Shown piece after piece: positions 26,201 through 41,200 of a DNA stretch of 64,000 nt. The notes beneath the pieces were generated by a model, which saw nothing but the letters and a program-made list of their open reading frames with translations, was not told the DNA's origin and did not search any database. Position 1 is the stretch's first letter; each line of letters opens with the position of its first letter. Source of the DNA: Thalia democratica (Eukaryota); NCBI GenBank assembly GCA_965202585.1, contig OZ241832.1:45384001-45448000 (forward strand), given 5' to 3'. Both the position numbers and the translations under genes were made by a program.

Positions 26201-29200
26201 GAGAACAAAATTGCACGAGGGCACAAAATTGCACGAAGCTAAATTTGCACGAAGCCAAATTTGCACGAGTTACATTTTTGCACGAGAGTAAAAAAAATAC
26301 AGAAAAATTAAAAAAACAGAAAAAAAAAACTAAATAATAATTAAAAAAAAAACAAAAAAAAACAAAAATTTACTGACCGAGGGTAAGGGTAACGTAAAAA
26401 TAAAAATATAGCTAATAAAAATTATAACAAAAAAATAATTAAAAGAAAAAAAAAGCTACCGATCAAGGGTAAGGGTTAGGGGTAACAGTTATATAGTAAA
26501 CAGAAAAAAAAATTTAACCCGTGCAAAAATATCTCCGTGCAATTTTATCCCCTAGTGCAAAAGTATCTTCGTGCAATTTTGTCCCCTCCTGCAATTTTGT
26601 ACGCTTGTGCAAATTTGACAGCTATCCATTAAAACAATATATAAAAAATCAAATATACTGTTAATTTAATATAAACAATAAATCTAGTTTTTAGAATACT
26701 TAATATTTCTCAAATTATTTTTTTTTATAATTCTATAATGCGTAACTAAACGAGAGTGCGTAGATTCGCAAGAGGTGACTGAACTTTATAGCTTTAAACC
26801 TATTTCTTAACTCTAGTTTTTAACTTAACCTAAGATATGCTTCTATTCAGAATTAGTGTTTATAACTTAAGCATGATTTATTTTAGTTTGTTTATGACGT
26901 GAAATTTTTTTACAAACTATCGTTTACTTATCACATTTTACTTTTAACTAATTTAAGTGATAAGTGCTAAACGAAAATATTACATACTAAGAATTTTCCG
27001 AAGTTCTAGAAATGACTGATTTCTGTTTATTTTTGTTTAAAACTAATATCAAAGCAAAACTTTTATCAACATCGTAGTTAAACTTAGTTGTTTCTTGTTT
27101 TATAAACTTGTATTCGAATTTCTAAGCTTAATTAATTTTCTAATATTAGTACAAAAATTATTTTACAACTAAACGGGTAATGTTTTAAACTATTATATTA
27201 GTTTTCAATTAATCAATTAAACTTCGAATCCTTCAGGTAGAAATATTAAAGGATGTAGCTGCCCTAAACGGTAGAAAGTTATAAGTACTTATTGAAAAGC
27301 TTTTACAATTTAATACACAAAATGTTCTTTCTTTTTTAGCTGTTTTATGGCCACAGCTCAACAATCCATCATGTTCAGTTTTCTATGGACTCTACAAAAC
27401 TTTTTTCATTTGGAGAAGATACCGTTATAGTTTGGGACTTTATTCCTACTAAAAACAAACTACTTAACTTCATTGATGAATCAGAGATGATAAAATACGA
27501 GACATTTGTTACCTGTAAGTTTTAAGTAGAATTTATACTTTTTTTGTTTCCATTGATTTTATTAAACTTATAGCTTATTTTTATAAGTTTTTTGTTTTAG
27601 TTAGTCGTTGAAAAATATTTGAGATTTAACTTACAATATTTAATAGCTTTAAGAAATTATACAATAAATAGCACCATACATTTCGAGTATACTACAGTAA
27701 TTAAGTAAATAATAAATTAATGTATATTTTAGTTAATTTTAAGTTTTTTAGTACTACAAAAATTATCTGCACTTATATTTAATATTGTTCATATTACGGT
27801 GCATCCTCGTTTGTCCGATCCTCTTTTATCCGACTGATTTTAGTCGAGAAGTAGATTTATATAATTTAGCTAAAATCAATGTTTTACCACAAATAAATGT
27901 CTAATTTAAATTATAGAACTAAGTAAGCAGTTTATAGTTACGTAGTAGAGGTCTAATATTTTTTTTAGATAAATGTAAAATTAATTTGAAGTTATATCGT
28001 AATTATGTTTCTTTAAACTTTTATATTTTTTAATTGTTGGTTTCGTTAAAAGAATGAAAATATAACAAATTTACGGAAAACTGCGTGTGCGTTCTATTGT
28101 ATTCAATGCATAATATAAAAGAGGTAGATTATTAACAAAAAACAATGTTTTGTCCTTATCCGGCCGAAGGCTAATCCGGCCATAATTACAAAAAAAGCTT
28201 GCCCAGCATGGCCGGATAAGTGAGGAAGCACTGTACTAGTTTTATTTTATATTAACATATTAGGTATTTTATTATAAACATTAATTATCGTTTGTTAAAG
28301 TTCTGACAAGTCTAATTAAAAAATACTTGATGTTTTTATGTTTGTAACACAAGGGGTGTTTAGGCTTGTGCTATAAGTTAAAAGGAAATAGTTTTTTTTT
28401 GTGGGTTTTTCGTGCCTTGCTTACGAGTAACATCTTATTAAATCAGTTGATAAACATCTAATGGTTGTCATATACTTCATTAAGAGACACTGTACTATGA
28501 GTGTTAGTTAGTAGAAACTGTATAAAACAGTAAACAAATACGATGTATATAAAATGTAAGCACAATAATAAAAATAACTAACAAAAATTAAGAAAAACAG
28601 TATAGTTGTGTCCTGTAATGTGCTAGTTCTTAACAATTCAGCGTTTAACAATTGCTTTGCTTTAACAATTCCGTTCAAACAATTTTTATTTCGAAATTTA
28701 GAATAACTTCTTCACAAATTTCTTGTAATTTTTTGTTAATCCTCAACTTGCTTGTGGAATGAAAATAAAAAGCTGCGTTATATATTTCTTAACAACTGTT
28801 AGACAACGTCTTTTAGTATTTCAAAGTGCTTATGTCATTTTTACATTCCCAAAAATCTTACACCATGTAAATAAAAAAAAAACAATAAATAGTATAAAAA
28901 AAGTTCGAAGGACTTTATTTTCACGACAAACTTTGCTTATATTTGCACTCTTTTGTATTTAAATAAAATATTTAAACATATGTCACTCATTTAAAAAAAG
29001 TTTATTAATCAATTTCATTGTTTATTAGAACTCGCGAGCCGAGAATTTGTAAACAGCAAGATTTTTACAATTTAAAACAATTATAGATTGCGTTTTTAGT
29101 GTTATTATTGTCGTAGTTTGTGCTGTACTTTTTAATTTAGTTTCTAGTAAACTTTCTACTATCTAAAAAAATTTGTTATATAAATAACTTCAAATCAGCA

Positions 29201-32200
29201 AAGTATAACTTAACTATTACTTAAACCTTTTAAACAAACTTTTACACTAAACTCTTTATGACGTAACTATTTTTAGCTAGACATTTCAAAATCATTGTTT
29301 ATAACTAAATTTACACTATATTCTTATCAGTTTTTAGCAAGCTTATTCTGATGACGCGCTAAATGAAATTAATTAATATTTATTTTTAATTAATTGACTT
29401 ATTTTTTGATTTTTAATTTAAATCCAGTACCAAAACTAATTCTTTCGTATTTATATGATAAAATACAGGATTTCATTACACGTGCACTGTGTATTTATGA
29501 TTTTTTTTGATATAGTCGACAACAATTTGAGTGATTATCATTACAGATAAATTATGTTGATTTGTATGACGATTGTTAGTTTAGTTGTATTAGTCTCATA
29601 TCAATTTCTTTGTAATATAATCTAATTTTAGCAGGTGAAGAGGCTTTGAATACGAATAATACTTACAGAAAAAATATAAAACAAGTCGATATGTGCGATA
29701 TGACAGTAACAACTAAGACAGAAGTAGTAGACCAAACAACTCAAATCATTGATCTTGTTAAGAGGTCTCAAAGTACAAAAAACGTAGACCTGCCAATATT
29801 AGATGATGACTGTTGTCCTCTACCAAGTTTTGACGTCCCGGCGCCTAGTTTGCGCTGCAAAAACGACAATCTAACCGTTTTACCTGAAACATTGCGAGCT
29901 TCCGACTTAGACACTACTGATGTCAGCGAGTTTACTGTCGATCTGGAAATGATTGATAATTTTGTGAAAAATAAAGCAATTGTTGATCTACCAGACTGTC
30001 AGATGACTCCGCTGGACAACAAGCTTAAGCCTAGAAGTTGTTCAACTTACAAAAAGAATACTGAAGCTGTAAAAAAAATTGATGTTGATATACCAGTTTT
30101 TGAAACCGAAAGTTTGCACTTTAGCCTAAATGGTAAAACAAGAAACAGAGTAAAAAATATTGAAAGTAAAAGTAGTTCAAGTAATGAAGATACAATGCAT
30201 TCCAACACTAAAGATTTAAACTCTGAAGATTTAAAAGTCATTCCTCAAATAAGCCTATCCCCTAAAAAAAAACTTACCGAAAAAGCTATGGATAAAAAGT
30301 ATAAACAAAATATCAAGTTAAAAAAAGTAGCGCCTAAACTTAAATCTGAATTGACTGTAAAAAGTTCACCAATAAGTGTTAAGGCGAAAAATAAAAAGGA
30401 GTTAGATATGGAGATAAAATCTTTGTACAAGCCACGGCACGACCTTGTTCCTGCTGCTAGTAAAACGTTTGTGGCTCCTATTGGACAACAAGGGCTTTCA
30501 TTATCAAATGTTGTGAGGTATTTTGTTATAATTGTAAATATCAGCTACTTTTATTTATTTTATACTATTTAACAACAAAGGTGTGAGGCTTATAAATAAA
30601 TACTTTATAAAACAAAAAAATGTTTAAAAAAATGTTTGAAAAACTTGCTTACTCCCAAGAATTACATAAATTACACAAGATAATTTTTATACGATAAATT
30701 GGTTATTAATAAATTTCGGACTTCTTAGAAGATTTTACTGATTTTATCTATAGTTATAATGGTAACTCTCGTGGAAATATTTTATGGAACGCTGATGAGG
30801 GCATGTTAGTTTATTCGTGTGGTTCTGTTTGTGTTGTTGAAAATCTTGCTACTGGTTATAAGAGTTTTGCTGTTAATGGTCACACTGAAGAAATCTCTTG
30901 CATATCCATGCAAAATAATAGAAAAGTTTTTTATTTTTTAAATACTTCTTGCTTATATTTATTATAACTTTTAAATTTTAACACTTAAAATTAGACTTTA
31001 TAATTTAACTGTCCTTTGACAAATTTAGTTTTATTCCATATCTTATAAAAGTCAATAACTATAAACTATAAGTCGGTTTTAATAGAATATAAAAATTTGA
31101 GATATAATAATTTTATAAAATCTCTACGATAAAAACATATGGACCGCAATTTTTTCATCGTCATTTATCTCGAAAATTTAAGATTTCACTATAGAACTAT
31201 CTCCTTTTTTTATTTTTTTGAGCTGAAAACCTAAAATTTTTAGGAAATTTTTTTTATTTAGTATATATTATTTCTAAAACTAAATTTTTAAAATATTAAA
31301 AAGCATAAATAGTGTTAAAAAAAAAAATCAATAAGATATGTTTTTGGTAAATACAATTTATTCGCTATTTTAGTTTGCACCTACCTTAATGACATAAGAG
31401 AGATAAGCTTACTAACTTTAATCATTTATATCTAAAAAGTGGTTTTAAATTTTTTAAGCCTTTAAAAGTTTCTATAGATAACATAAAGTTCTATAAAATA
31501 TAAATTGTAAATAATAAAGTGAACCTTTATTTGATCTTAATAAGTTTTAAAATTTTAAAATTTACTGCATTAATGTAGGTTTCTAAAATTTTACTTTATG
31601 TGTATGTTTTCTTTACTTAGTTAAAACAAATTATTAGCCATTTTAATTTTTTAACAATTTAAAGACTTTATACCCATGATATTGTTGTTATTTCCGAACG
31701 TTTATATAGTTTTGTTTCAAATTTGGCTATTAGTTAAAATAAAGAATTTGAATATCAACAACTGATGCAAAATAAAAACAGGTATTGGTTACTGCGTCAG
31801 GTAAAAATCAACTCGTTTCAGCAAAAATGACTTTTTGGAGTATAAATCCTTTAAAGGCCCTGACCAGCATTGAAACTAATGACGATGAAATTCTTAGTTT
31901 AAAAGTGTCACCAGATGATCAGTTCGTTTTTTATTGAATTTTGTAAGGTTTACTGTATTAAGATATTTAATACGCTAATAATTTTTTGTTAGATTTCTTT
32001 TAGTGATAGGCGGTTATGATCAGACAAGTGTTTCAATTTATACTACTTATAACGGTAATCTTTGTCAACCTATACTTCTTGCAAATGCTTCAGTGTCTCC
32101 TATTATTATACAGGTGTAGTGTGTTAAGTTATTATGACAGATATACTTAACTAGTCTAACTAGCACTTATATGTTTAAAAAGTAAAAATAACTCTTGATT

Positions 32201-35200
32201 CAATGATATAGAAACGTTAATCTTGTTGTTTTTGCCTTTATTTTACATTATATATTTTTTTCAGCTTGAACTTGTGTTTACTGACAAATTTTAAGACTAT
32301 AACTGTTAAAGTTTTAAAGATATCTTTTCATTTTAATTAGATTAATAAGGACACTATACATAAGGATATGAACATACCAATTCGATCATCTAATCACAAG
32401 CCTTTGCTAGACTGAGACCGGTTTCTTCCTGGTTTGGACTCATCAGTTAGTCACAACCGAGAAACTTGCAGCCATAAATATAGAAACGGTTTATACACGC
32501 AAGCATGGAGCAACCGTTTTCTGGTATTGATCAGTGACGCCAACATTGTCTTTTACTGTGCAACGTTCAATACATTGTCTACTAGGCAAGACAGCTGCTA
32601 CGCTCGTATTGAATACGATCAACGAAAGTATTGATCTAAGCATGTATAAACCGTCTGTAGATTGATGACAGCAAGTTTTTCGGTTGTGACTGACTGATGA
32701 GTCCTAACCAGGACGTCTGATGAGTCTAACCACTAACTAGCACTACCGAAGGCTTGTGGTTTGATGATTGAATTGGTATGCTCAAACCTTATGTTAACTT
32801 GGGCTTGTCTCACGGCGACTTTCGCCAATGTTTTCTTTGATAAAGTATATACAGTTATAATTCTATCTAAGCTGTGTTTTTTCTAAGGGGGAATAACCTA
32901 AACGTATTTATAACTTATGAAATTTTTAATTTTAAAACAAAGTTATCTAAATGTTTAGAAATATGTAATTTTTATGAAATCTATAATTTTGTACTCATTT
33001 TTTTTGTTAAGTAGTTTTTAGTCTTTATCAGTGTATTTTAAGTTTTTTATAAAATATAGTTTTTATTTTATAGACATGCTGGAACAAAAGTACAACTAAT
33101 AAATTTCTTACTGTTGGTGACCATTCTTCGATAATATTTTGGTTCGTAGATTCTTCCGTTGAAAAAAACAAGGTTATTTAAATATTATCATTAAATATTT
33201 TAACTATTTTGTGTTCTAGTTTATATTTGAATTTTTGCAAGACGCTAGACTTTTCTGAATTGAACTTTTTCGTTATTTTTTTACTGCTTGTTTTACTTAA
33301 CTCTAAATAGATTAAAAAATTCCTTAGTTTTTTTCTTTTTTCCTAAAAATAAGTATACTCTTTGTAGTGATAATAAAAGTAAAGCTATAAAGGCTGTTTA
33401 TACTAAGTAAGTTTTTTTAATTTTGAAAGTTATAGTTACTGTAATTAAAAACTAGTAATCTACCGGATCCGGATATATTTTTTTCAAATTAAGATCCGGC
33501 CGGATGTTGTTCCTGACCTGTTTTTCAATTCAAGATCTGGCCGGATCCGGATCCTAAATGTTTTAGATTTTATGTAGTTTCAGTAGAAAACAAACTTATA
33601 AAATTTATTGATATATTACCATTAATTAATAAAAATTGGTTAATATAAATACTTTCTTAAAAAACACAATGTTATTGTCTAAATATTTTGTTTGTATACT
33701 AGGAAAAAGAACGTTGTAAAAAAAATCTATGTATATGAAATCTCAGTTTTAAATGTTAAACTTCAAGCTACTTATACGACTAAACTTGAATTTTGTACCT
33801 TGTATGATGTAAAAGAAAAATAAATTAAATGTTACAATGCTTAAAAAAAATAATGAACTTTATTTTTGTTATTTTTATATTAAGTATACTTTTATACTTT
33901 ATTTTATAAAAGTTCGAACTCCAAGATGAACAATAATTTCTGTAGCAACTGTTTATATATATAAAACTAAGTAATTTAGTAAATGACATTTACTCATATC
34001 AACGCCATTAAGTTACAAAAAAAAACTATTCTTGTTTTTTCAAGTTGTGATGAAGAAATAAAAGTTTTTTGACGGTTTTTGGAAGCAATCGATTTCGCTT
34101 TTGTTCGTACAAGTTACCAGCTTCTGAAAATAACCTTTCGGAATAAACAGAAGATAGTGGTACCGAAAGACACCTTTTTGCTTGCAAACCTGGCAAGATG
34201 TGTGTATTTTTTCTTTGAGTTCCACCAAGACAAACTTCAGCTTCTTTAACTTCTTCAGCAGATAAATTTTCTTCAGCCAAAGAAAAACTTATTTTCCGTC
34301 TCAATTTCTTGGTCAACTGAATCTTGTTGCTCACTTTCGTGAGTGTTTGCACTTTTTACCGATCTAACTGTAGAATAGAACAACAACAATTTTTTGGGAA
34401 CAACATTTTTAGGTAGTTGACCTTTGGGTTTATAAGGCGGTACTAGAGGAACTTGACTACTTTGAACAGTCTCACGACAACTATGATTTTTTACTTCTGA
34501 TTTCAGTAGCCTTACAACCTTCTGTTTGGGATTAGAAGGAAGAAAGTTAAGTCGATACCGTTGATCGACAGATTTTATGAGTAAAAACAAGTCGTTATCA
34601 AAGAGGTTTATTCGTGTGCTGTTATTAGTAGTATTAAACCTTCTTCAAAAGCCTCTTCTATGTTTTCTGCCGATTGCTTAGGTTGTAGAACTAATTTGAC
34701 CGTGTGGACTATTAGCTTTATGATAGAAAAACTTTTTTAGTACTGCTGCATACGGGATTACACTTGGTAGCAATGCGTTGTTTTTACTACTTTACTGCTT
34801 TACTATGTAAAAAGGTACAATCAGTTCATTAAGGAAGCTGACAAGTTTTCATTCATCAGCTGTAAAAATATTTTCGGGAAAAACTGAAAAAGCTGATCGC
34901 AGAAAGAAAATTCTTTCCAAACTAACTGGATCCAGATCTTTTTTTAAAACTAGTTTTCGGCCAGATCTGAATCCAAGCAAAAAATGGCCAGAACCGGATC
35001 TTGGATCCGGTATATCACTACTAGAAACATACAGAAATTTTGTAATATATTTACATACAACTAATAAAAGAATTATATCTTTAGATTTTTATTTATATTA
35101 TTTGATAGTGAAATTTATACGGTATAGTTATACTAAATAAAATTAGTTTTTATTTATTATATTTTTTTTTTATCATCAAAAAAAATCAGTCTTAAACTCT

Positions 35201-38200
35201 ACCCTTTGCAAGATAAAACTTTCTGGTGAAAAGCGAGTGTATTACATCGTATGTAATTTTACCTGCTCCTTTAGTACTTAACTTTTGATTATTTAAAAAC
35301 AAAATAAACAAATACTATCTTTGAAACATAACAAACCTTTGTCGACACGCCATTTGGAGAACACTCACAAGGCTAAAATCTCAACACTAAAATCCACAAA
35401 GTGTGGGAAAATCATAAAGCTCAATTCCCCGTGTAAAGATTCACTGGCACTACAACAAAAAATCACATCAACAATCCAACCATGTGATCACTGTCACCAG
35501 AATGAACTCACAATCAGTTGTTGAAAAAGCACATTAAACTATTATTATAATAACTACATTAGCGTTTAATAACTATCTTAAAACCTAAACTACTATTTTA
35601 TTGTAATGTTACCCAAAAAAAAAACTGTTAAGAAAATTCGAAGTTTCTGAAGCTCGTATAGGTAGAATAAAATATAGTCTAAAGCAAGTGAGGGGAAAAA
35701 TCTATATATACAGCTAACAAACTAGAAAACACCAAATAAACAATCATGCATACCCATATAAGTTATTTTTCCTTATCAAAAGACCAAAACTAGCTATTCA
35801 TAAATTAGTACAAACACACACAAAACTGACCATACGTATATTGAAATATGCAGATGACAATAAAAACTAAAAACAATTGTGCAATATCTGTATATAACAA
35901 AGTTTAACAATTAGAGCATTTTAAACTTACTCAGTTTACTGGCTCAACAAGAATTTTTTGTAATTGTATCTAAATTGATCTTTTTTTATGTTTTAAAAAT
36001 TTTCTGTAACACTAGACCACAATTTAGGACACAAATACCTGAAGGGTGTTGAACTGAATTTAACTAACTGTAATTACGTAAACTGGATTTAATACATTTG
36101 TAAAATTACTGCTACAATAAGTATATTAGTTTTCAAATAAATATTTATTTAAAACTATTTTTATATGCTATATTTATTTAACATTTCAAATTCCGACAAT
36201 TCAAGTAATGACATTTTAAATTACCTTATTAAATTTCAAACTTTTCAAGTTTCGAGAATTAAAACTTCTAAATTCTAAATAGAACAATATAAACTACTAC
36301 AACTTTCGCAGATTAAGAAAATAATTTTAGTAGTTGTGATTGAACTCTATGTCTTATTTTTTTAATTACATATTTCTACTCATTATTTCTACTTGTTACA
36401 TTTTTAACTATATTGGATTAAACCAAGTTTGCAGCTTTAGTTATATTGTTAGTGGCGTTTTTATCTTTTTTAAGATTCAGGTTATTTCTTAGATTTTTTA
36501 TATTTATTTTGATATTTTTATGTACATTTGTTATTTTATTGTAACTACTTTTACATAAAGCAAATTTAAATTTGTTTATTTAAATAAATATCATAAAATT
36601 TACATTTATTATTATATATAAAAAATTTAGTATCACTTGCCACCATAGTTAAAATTGCTACCAAGTTTGGTTATATGATGATAAGGAACATATAGAATTA
36701 GTTATGTTGTTTTGGCATTTAGAATAATTTAAAGGTACTAAAACAGATGAAAACATAAGTTTCATATTAACTTTAAGTTGATTACGCTTTTTAGCAGATG
36801 TACAGCACAAAAGTAGTGTTAAAAAGATTGGCAATTAAACTTTTTGTGTGTAGTATTTTTTAAGTTCTTTAAAGTCTTATTTTAAAATTATTCCATGTTC
36901 TTCACCTGATATTAATTGGTGTCGTCATTTTGTTATTTACAACTATTTTTCTAATTCAAGTGTTAAAATCTAAACTATTTTCTAAAATGTTTCCACAAAA
37001 AGAAAACTTTAAAGAATTTATTGTGAATCGTGTTAAATAGCTTATTACCTAAACTAAAGTTTAAAAACTATTTAAGTTAAATTTTTAACAGGAATATTTT
37101 ATTTCGTTGTCTTTCGATAAGTTTTTATCAAAACATGCAAATTTTTTTTTGTAAAGTATGAGTTAGTGTCAAAGTAAAAAGCGCGTATACATCTTTGATA
37201 AAGTCTTGAGATTTTCTATGGTATGGCAACAAAAAAAATTTAAACTGTATAAATAATAGTTTGTAAGTAAAAAACAGAAATAAATTGAGAAAAGAGCTTC
37301 ATTTATAAAAAAAAAATAATATAACTAATACTTAAAGAGTTTAGTAAATTTTTTCTATGGTCAGTATTTTTTTCATTCTCTTGCAACCATGTGTCTGCAT
37401 GTTGTATTTTAAACACGTTATATTTTTATTTAGTTTATTCATAATAAAATATTTTTACTTTTACCAATTTGTTTTGATTTACTCAGGATATGCTTAAAAT
37501 GAACGTTGCAAGTATTCCTAACGTTTTGAGAAAGAATTCGAATACATCACAAACAAACGTGTTTACAAGCGTATGTTTCCACTCTGAAAGACATTTATTT
37601 TTTGTTGGTAAGTTTTTCATATGTACAAAAATCAAACGTATGTTTTTAAATCAAGTGAAATAAAAACTTTCTATATTAATTAGTTGCTACTGAGTTGTAA
37701 AAATGTTAAAGTAAAAAGTAAAAACGAGTTTCTTTCTAAGTTTAATGAAAAAACATATTATGCATATGCTTTTTATTTTAGGTTTCAACTTAAATAAGTA
37801 TAATTAAAAAAAATATTTCGCTTATAAAAAATATTGTAAACGTTACTATGTGATTATACAAGATTCTTCTTATTACTACTTTATTTTGATAATTTGTCGT
37901 AAAAAATTTTCGAGTAAATACATTGTTTAAGAATTAAGAATGTAAGCAAATCAAAGTTTTAAAAACAAAATAAAGTTTACCCATGTTTTTATGTAGATAC
38001 GTTTTTAGTGAGAAATATTAAAATAAAATATTATATTAAGAGTTTAGGTAATTCAGAGTTGACCTAAATTGGTTAATAAGGTAGTTTAAAACATATAATG
38101 CATGTATAAAATTTACCTTTTATTACATAAATTAAGGATTTAATCAAATGGCTAAATCAAAAGTTATAAAACAGTTATTAGAGCTTTGGTTTTTAACTAA

Positions 38201-41200
38201 ACTACAGGTAGCGTTGATGGACGAGTTTCAATGTGGGAAACAAATACAAACACCTGCATTATGCATTGGTTTGCGAGTGAAATGGAAATTTGTTGTTTGG
38301 ATTCTTTTTCTGACAAGTTATTTGTTGGCGGCTGTGAAAACAATTTGCGATTGTGGAATATTAAGAGACTGTTTGCTGGAACAAAGTATACTCAAGATCC
38401 GTTGGATTGCAAACTAATTTATGTAGCCGAACATGTAAGTCTGCTTAGCAAGCAATATTTTTTTACACTGCTGTGTCTTTTTTAATGTGTTATTAAAAAG
38501 CTAAAGTAATATTAACATGTAAATAGAAGTAGAAGGTCATGAACAGTTCTTTACTGCTGTCTTTATATAAAAAGTGAATACCTAAAAAATATCTTTTAAA
38601 ACCTGTAAACTTAACATATCTTAAAAAGTTTTTTTTAGTCCAGTACATTTCGACTAACTTTTATTAGAGACGTACACCAAAATAATTAAAATATGAAAAA
38701 ATATTCAAAATGTAAATTTAAGCGTTTGCTAATAAAGATCCTAGCAAAACAAGTTCACTGGAATATGTAATAATAATGATAATAAATTTAAACAGTGTTC
38801 TTTCTTTATTACACTAACACATATTTCTATGTGTTAACGGGTTAACACTTTCAACGGAGCTATGAAGATCAAGAAATATAAATTTTACTTAGAATAATAA
38901 GTATTTTAAAGTGTAGAATAGTTAATCATAAAAAAAACAAGAAAGTAATCAGAGTAATAAAAGTTAATATAATGAATTGTTTAAATTAAACAGTTACGTA
39001 TAAATAAGTTTCGTTTGAGAAAAGGATCAAGGATTCTAAAAAGTATTTAAAGTAATTAATTTAATGTTTTTACCTATTCGTTTGCTACTTGAAAAGTGGG
39101 TGCACGACTATTCTAATTCGGACGTTCAAATATTTAGAAAAAAATTTAAAGAGCCACAACTTAAAAATTATTAAAAGTAAATAAAAAGCGGTTCTATGTC
39201 TAACTAATACCTACAAACAATTTTTTTTTTGCACATTTCAAAGTGTTTTTCGTGATATTGCTTAAATACGTTTTATAATATAATAATTTTAAGTAATTTT
39301 GAAAATTCTCTTTTAAAAAATCTTTTCTTTTCTTAATTTTATCTTACTACCATAATCTTTCAATTAGACCAGGGGTCGGCGAACTGCGGCCCTCAAGCGG
39401 CCTGTGAGCTCCTTTTCAGCCAAAAATATACATTTTAGAAAAATTATAATTTTTGTGATAAAAATTTGCATTTAGACTTATAATTCAATAAATACTCTTC
39501 ATCAATGGTCTAATGTTGCTTAATTTGTTATATTTTTGATCTTAATTAATATTTTTATACTGATTACTAGATTTTTTTAGCTTAATGCGGCCCTCAAAAG
39601 TTTTTTCTAAATAGTGCGGCCCGCGAGCAATTTTTTCTAAAAAATTGGTCCGCGAGTCACATAAGGCTGCCTACCCCTGATTTAGACCTACAACTGCATT
39701 TTTTTTTCTCAAACATGTATTATTTTTTGAGCTGTGGCCCTTTTAAAATTTTTTTACGAATTCAAATTGTCTTGTATCCTTGAAAACTTTATACCAAGTA
39801 TTTAGTAAAAAATACCAATAATTTTAAAACTTTTAGAAAAGCTTGTTAATGATTACGTTAAAGCTTAATTTCCTCAGTAGTTTTTACCTTAGTGACAGAA
39901 CTTACCTGTGAAGCTAATTAGATTAAAAAAAAATAAAGATAAAACTTTACCAAAAATCTAGTACTACTTACTTGATTTATTAAAAATATTTAATTTATTA
40001 GAAGCATGCTTATTACCTTGTTTTACCGTAACAACCCATATAAACTTGTGCTATATACTATAAATCATTAATCAGGTTACATCGTCTTCTTTTGCCCAAG
40101 AGCTCGATCAAGGAATAATAGGAACACATTCAGGAGGTGTTTATCACGTAGACTGGGTCGAACGGTCGCTGACATCACTCGTAACAAGCCATGAAAAAAC
40201 TGTAAGTTTTTACTTTCTGTTGAAAACCCATTGATTACTGGCAGCATAAGTTTTTGCATAAAATGATAAAAATAACACTTTAACATTAGATATTTTGATA
40301 TTAACATGCTTTTCGTTTAATTTATACTAGCACAAACAAGATTAAAAAAAAATTTTCGAACTCTGAAAAATATTGTTAAAAAGTATCGTTGGTTTCTACA
40401 ATCTAAAATTTTTAAATTTTTTTACAAACATAGATGATAAAAATCTAGTTAAATGCAATACGTAAATTCGTGTTTAGATAAAAATTTAATGGAAGAAAAC
40501 TGTTTCATAGTATAAGTTTATAAAGTACATTTATTCGTTATAACTTTTATTCTAATGTTTTATTTACGTGTTTTTGTAACTTTAATTTTTAATAAAAAAA
40601 AATTGTTTATTAAAAATAAGTTTTATTAAATGAAATAATTTTACTTACTTTGAAATAATAATAATTTAAGTTGTTTTTGAAGTTATGAAACTCATAAAAA
40701 GTTCTTTATTCTTATAATATTATAATACCTTAAGTAGTTTAATCAGTTTCAATTTTTTTATTAAAAAAACTTTTTATAAAAAGTTTTGAATACAATGATG
40801 CATTACAACAGATAAATGGAGTAGATTTTTCTTATGATGGTAAATATTTGGCTACCTGTTGTGATGCAGGTCTTATTTGTATCTGGTCAACTAATGATTT
40901 TCAACTTGCAGCAAAGTTTCAGGTTTTTTTTTCTAACCTAGTTGAAATTATCTTATCTTATATGTAGCTATACTAAGTTTATGATACTAAGGTGTATGAT
41001 GACCTCAATTTGATGTTCTAACGCGCCTAACATGTTGAAATTACATTAAGGCAATATACCTTTATATGTTTGTGTTTTTAGTTAATTGTCTACTTTAAAA
41101 ATTTATTCTAAATTCTTAATAAATAAACAACGTGCACTCTATTGACGAAATATCTTTTTTAACACATCTAAAGTTTAAATTTGACTTAAAATTACAGCAT

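Noticed and set aside
35321-35524. Cys/His-containing ORF resembling a zinc-finger remnant
   Set aside because: Spacing does not complete a known finger and there is no associated RT or transposase; left unannotated.
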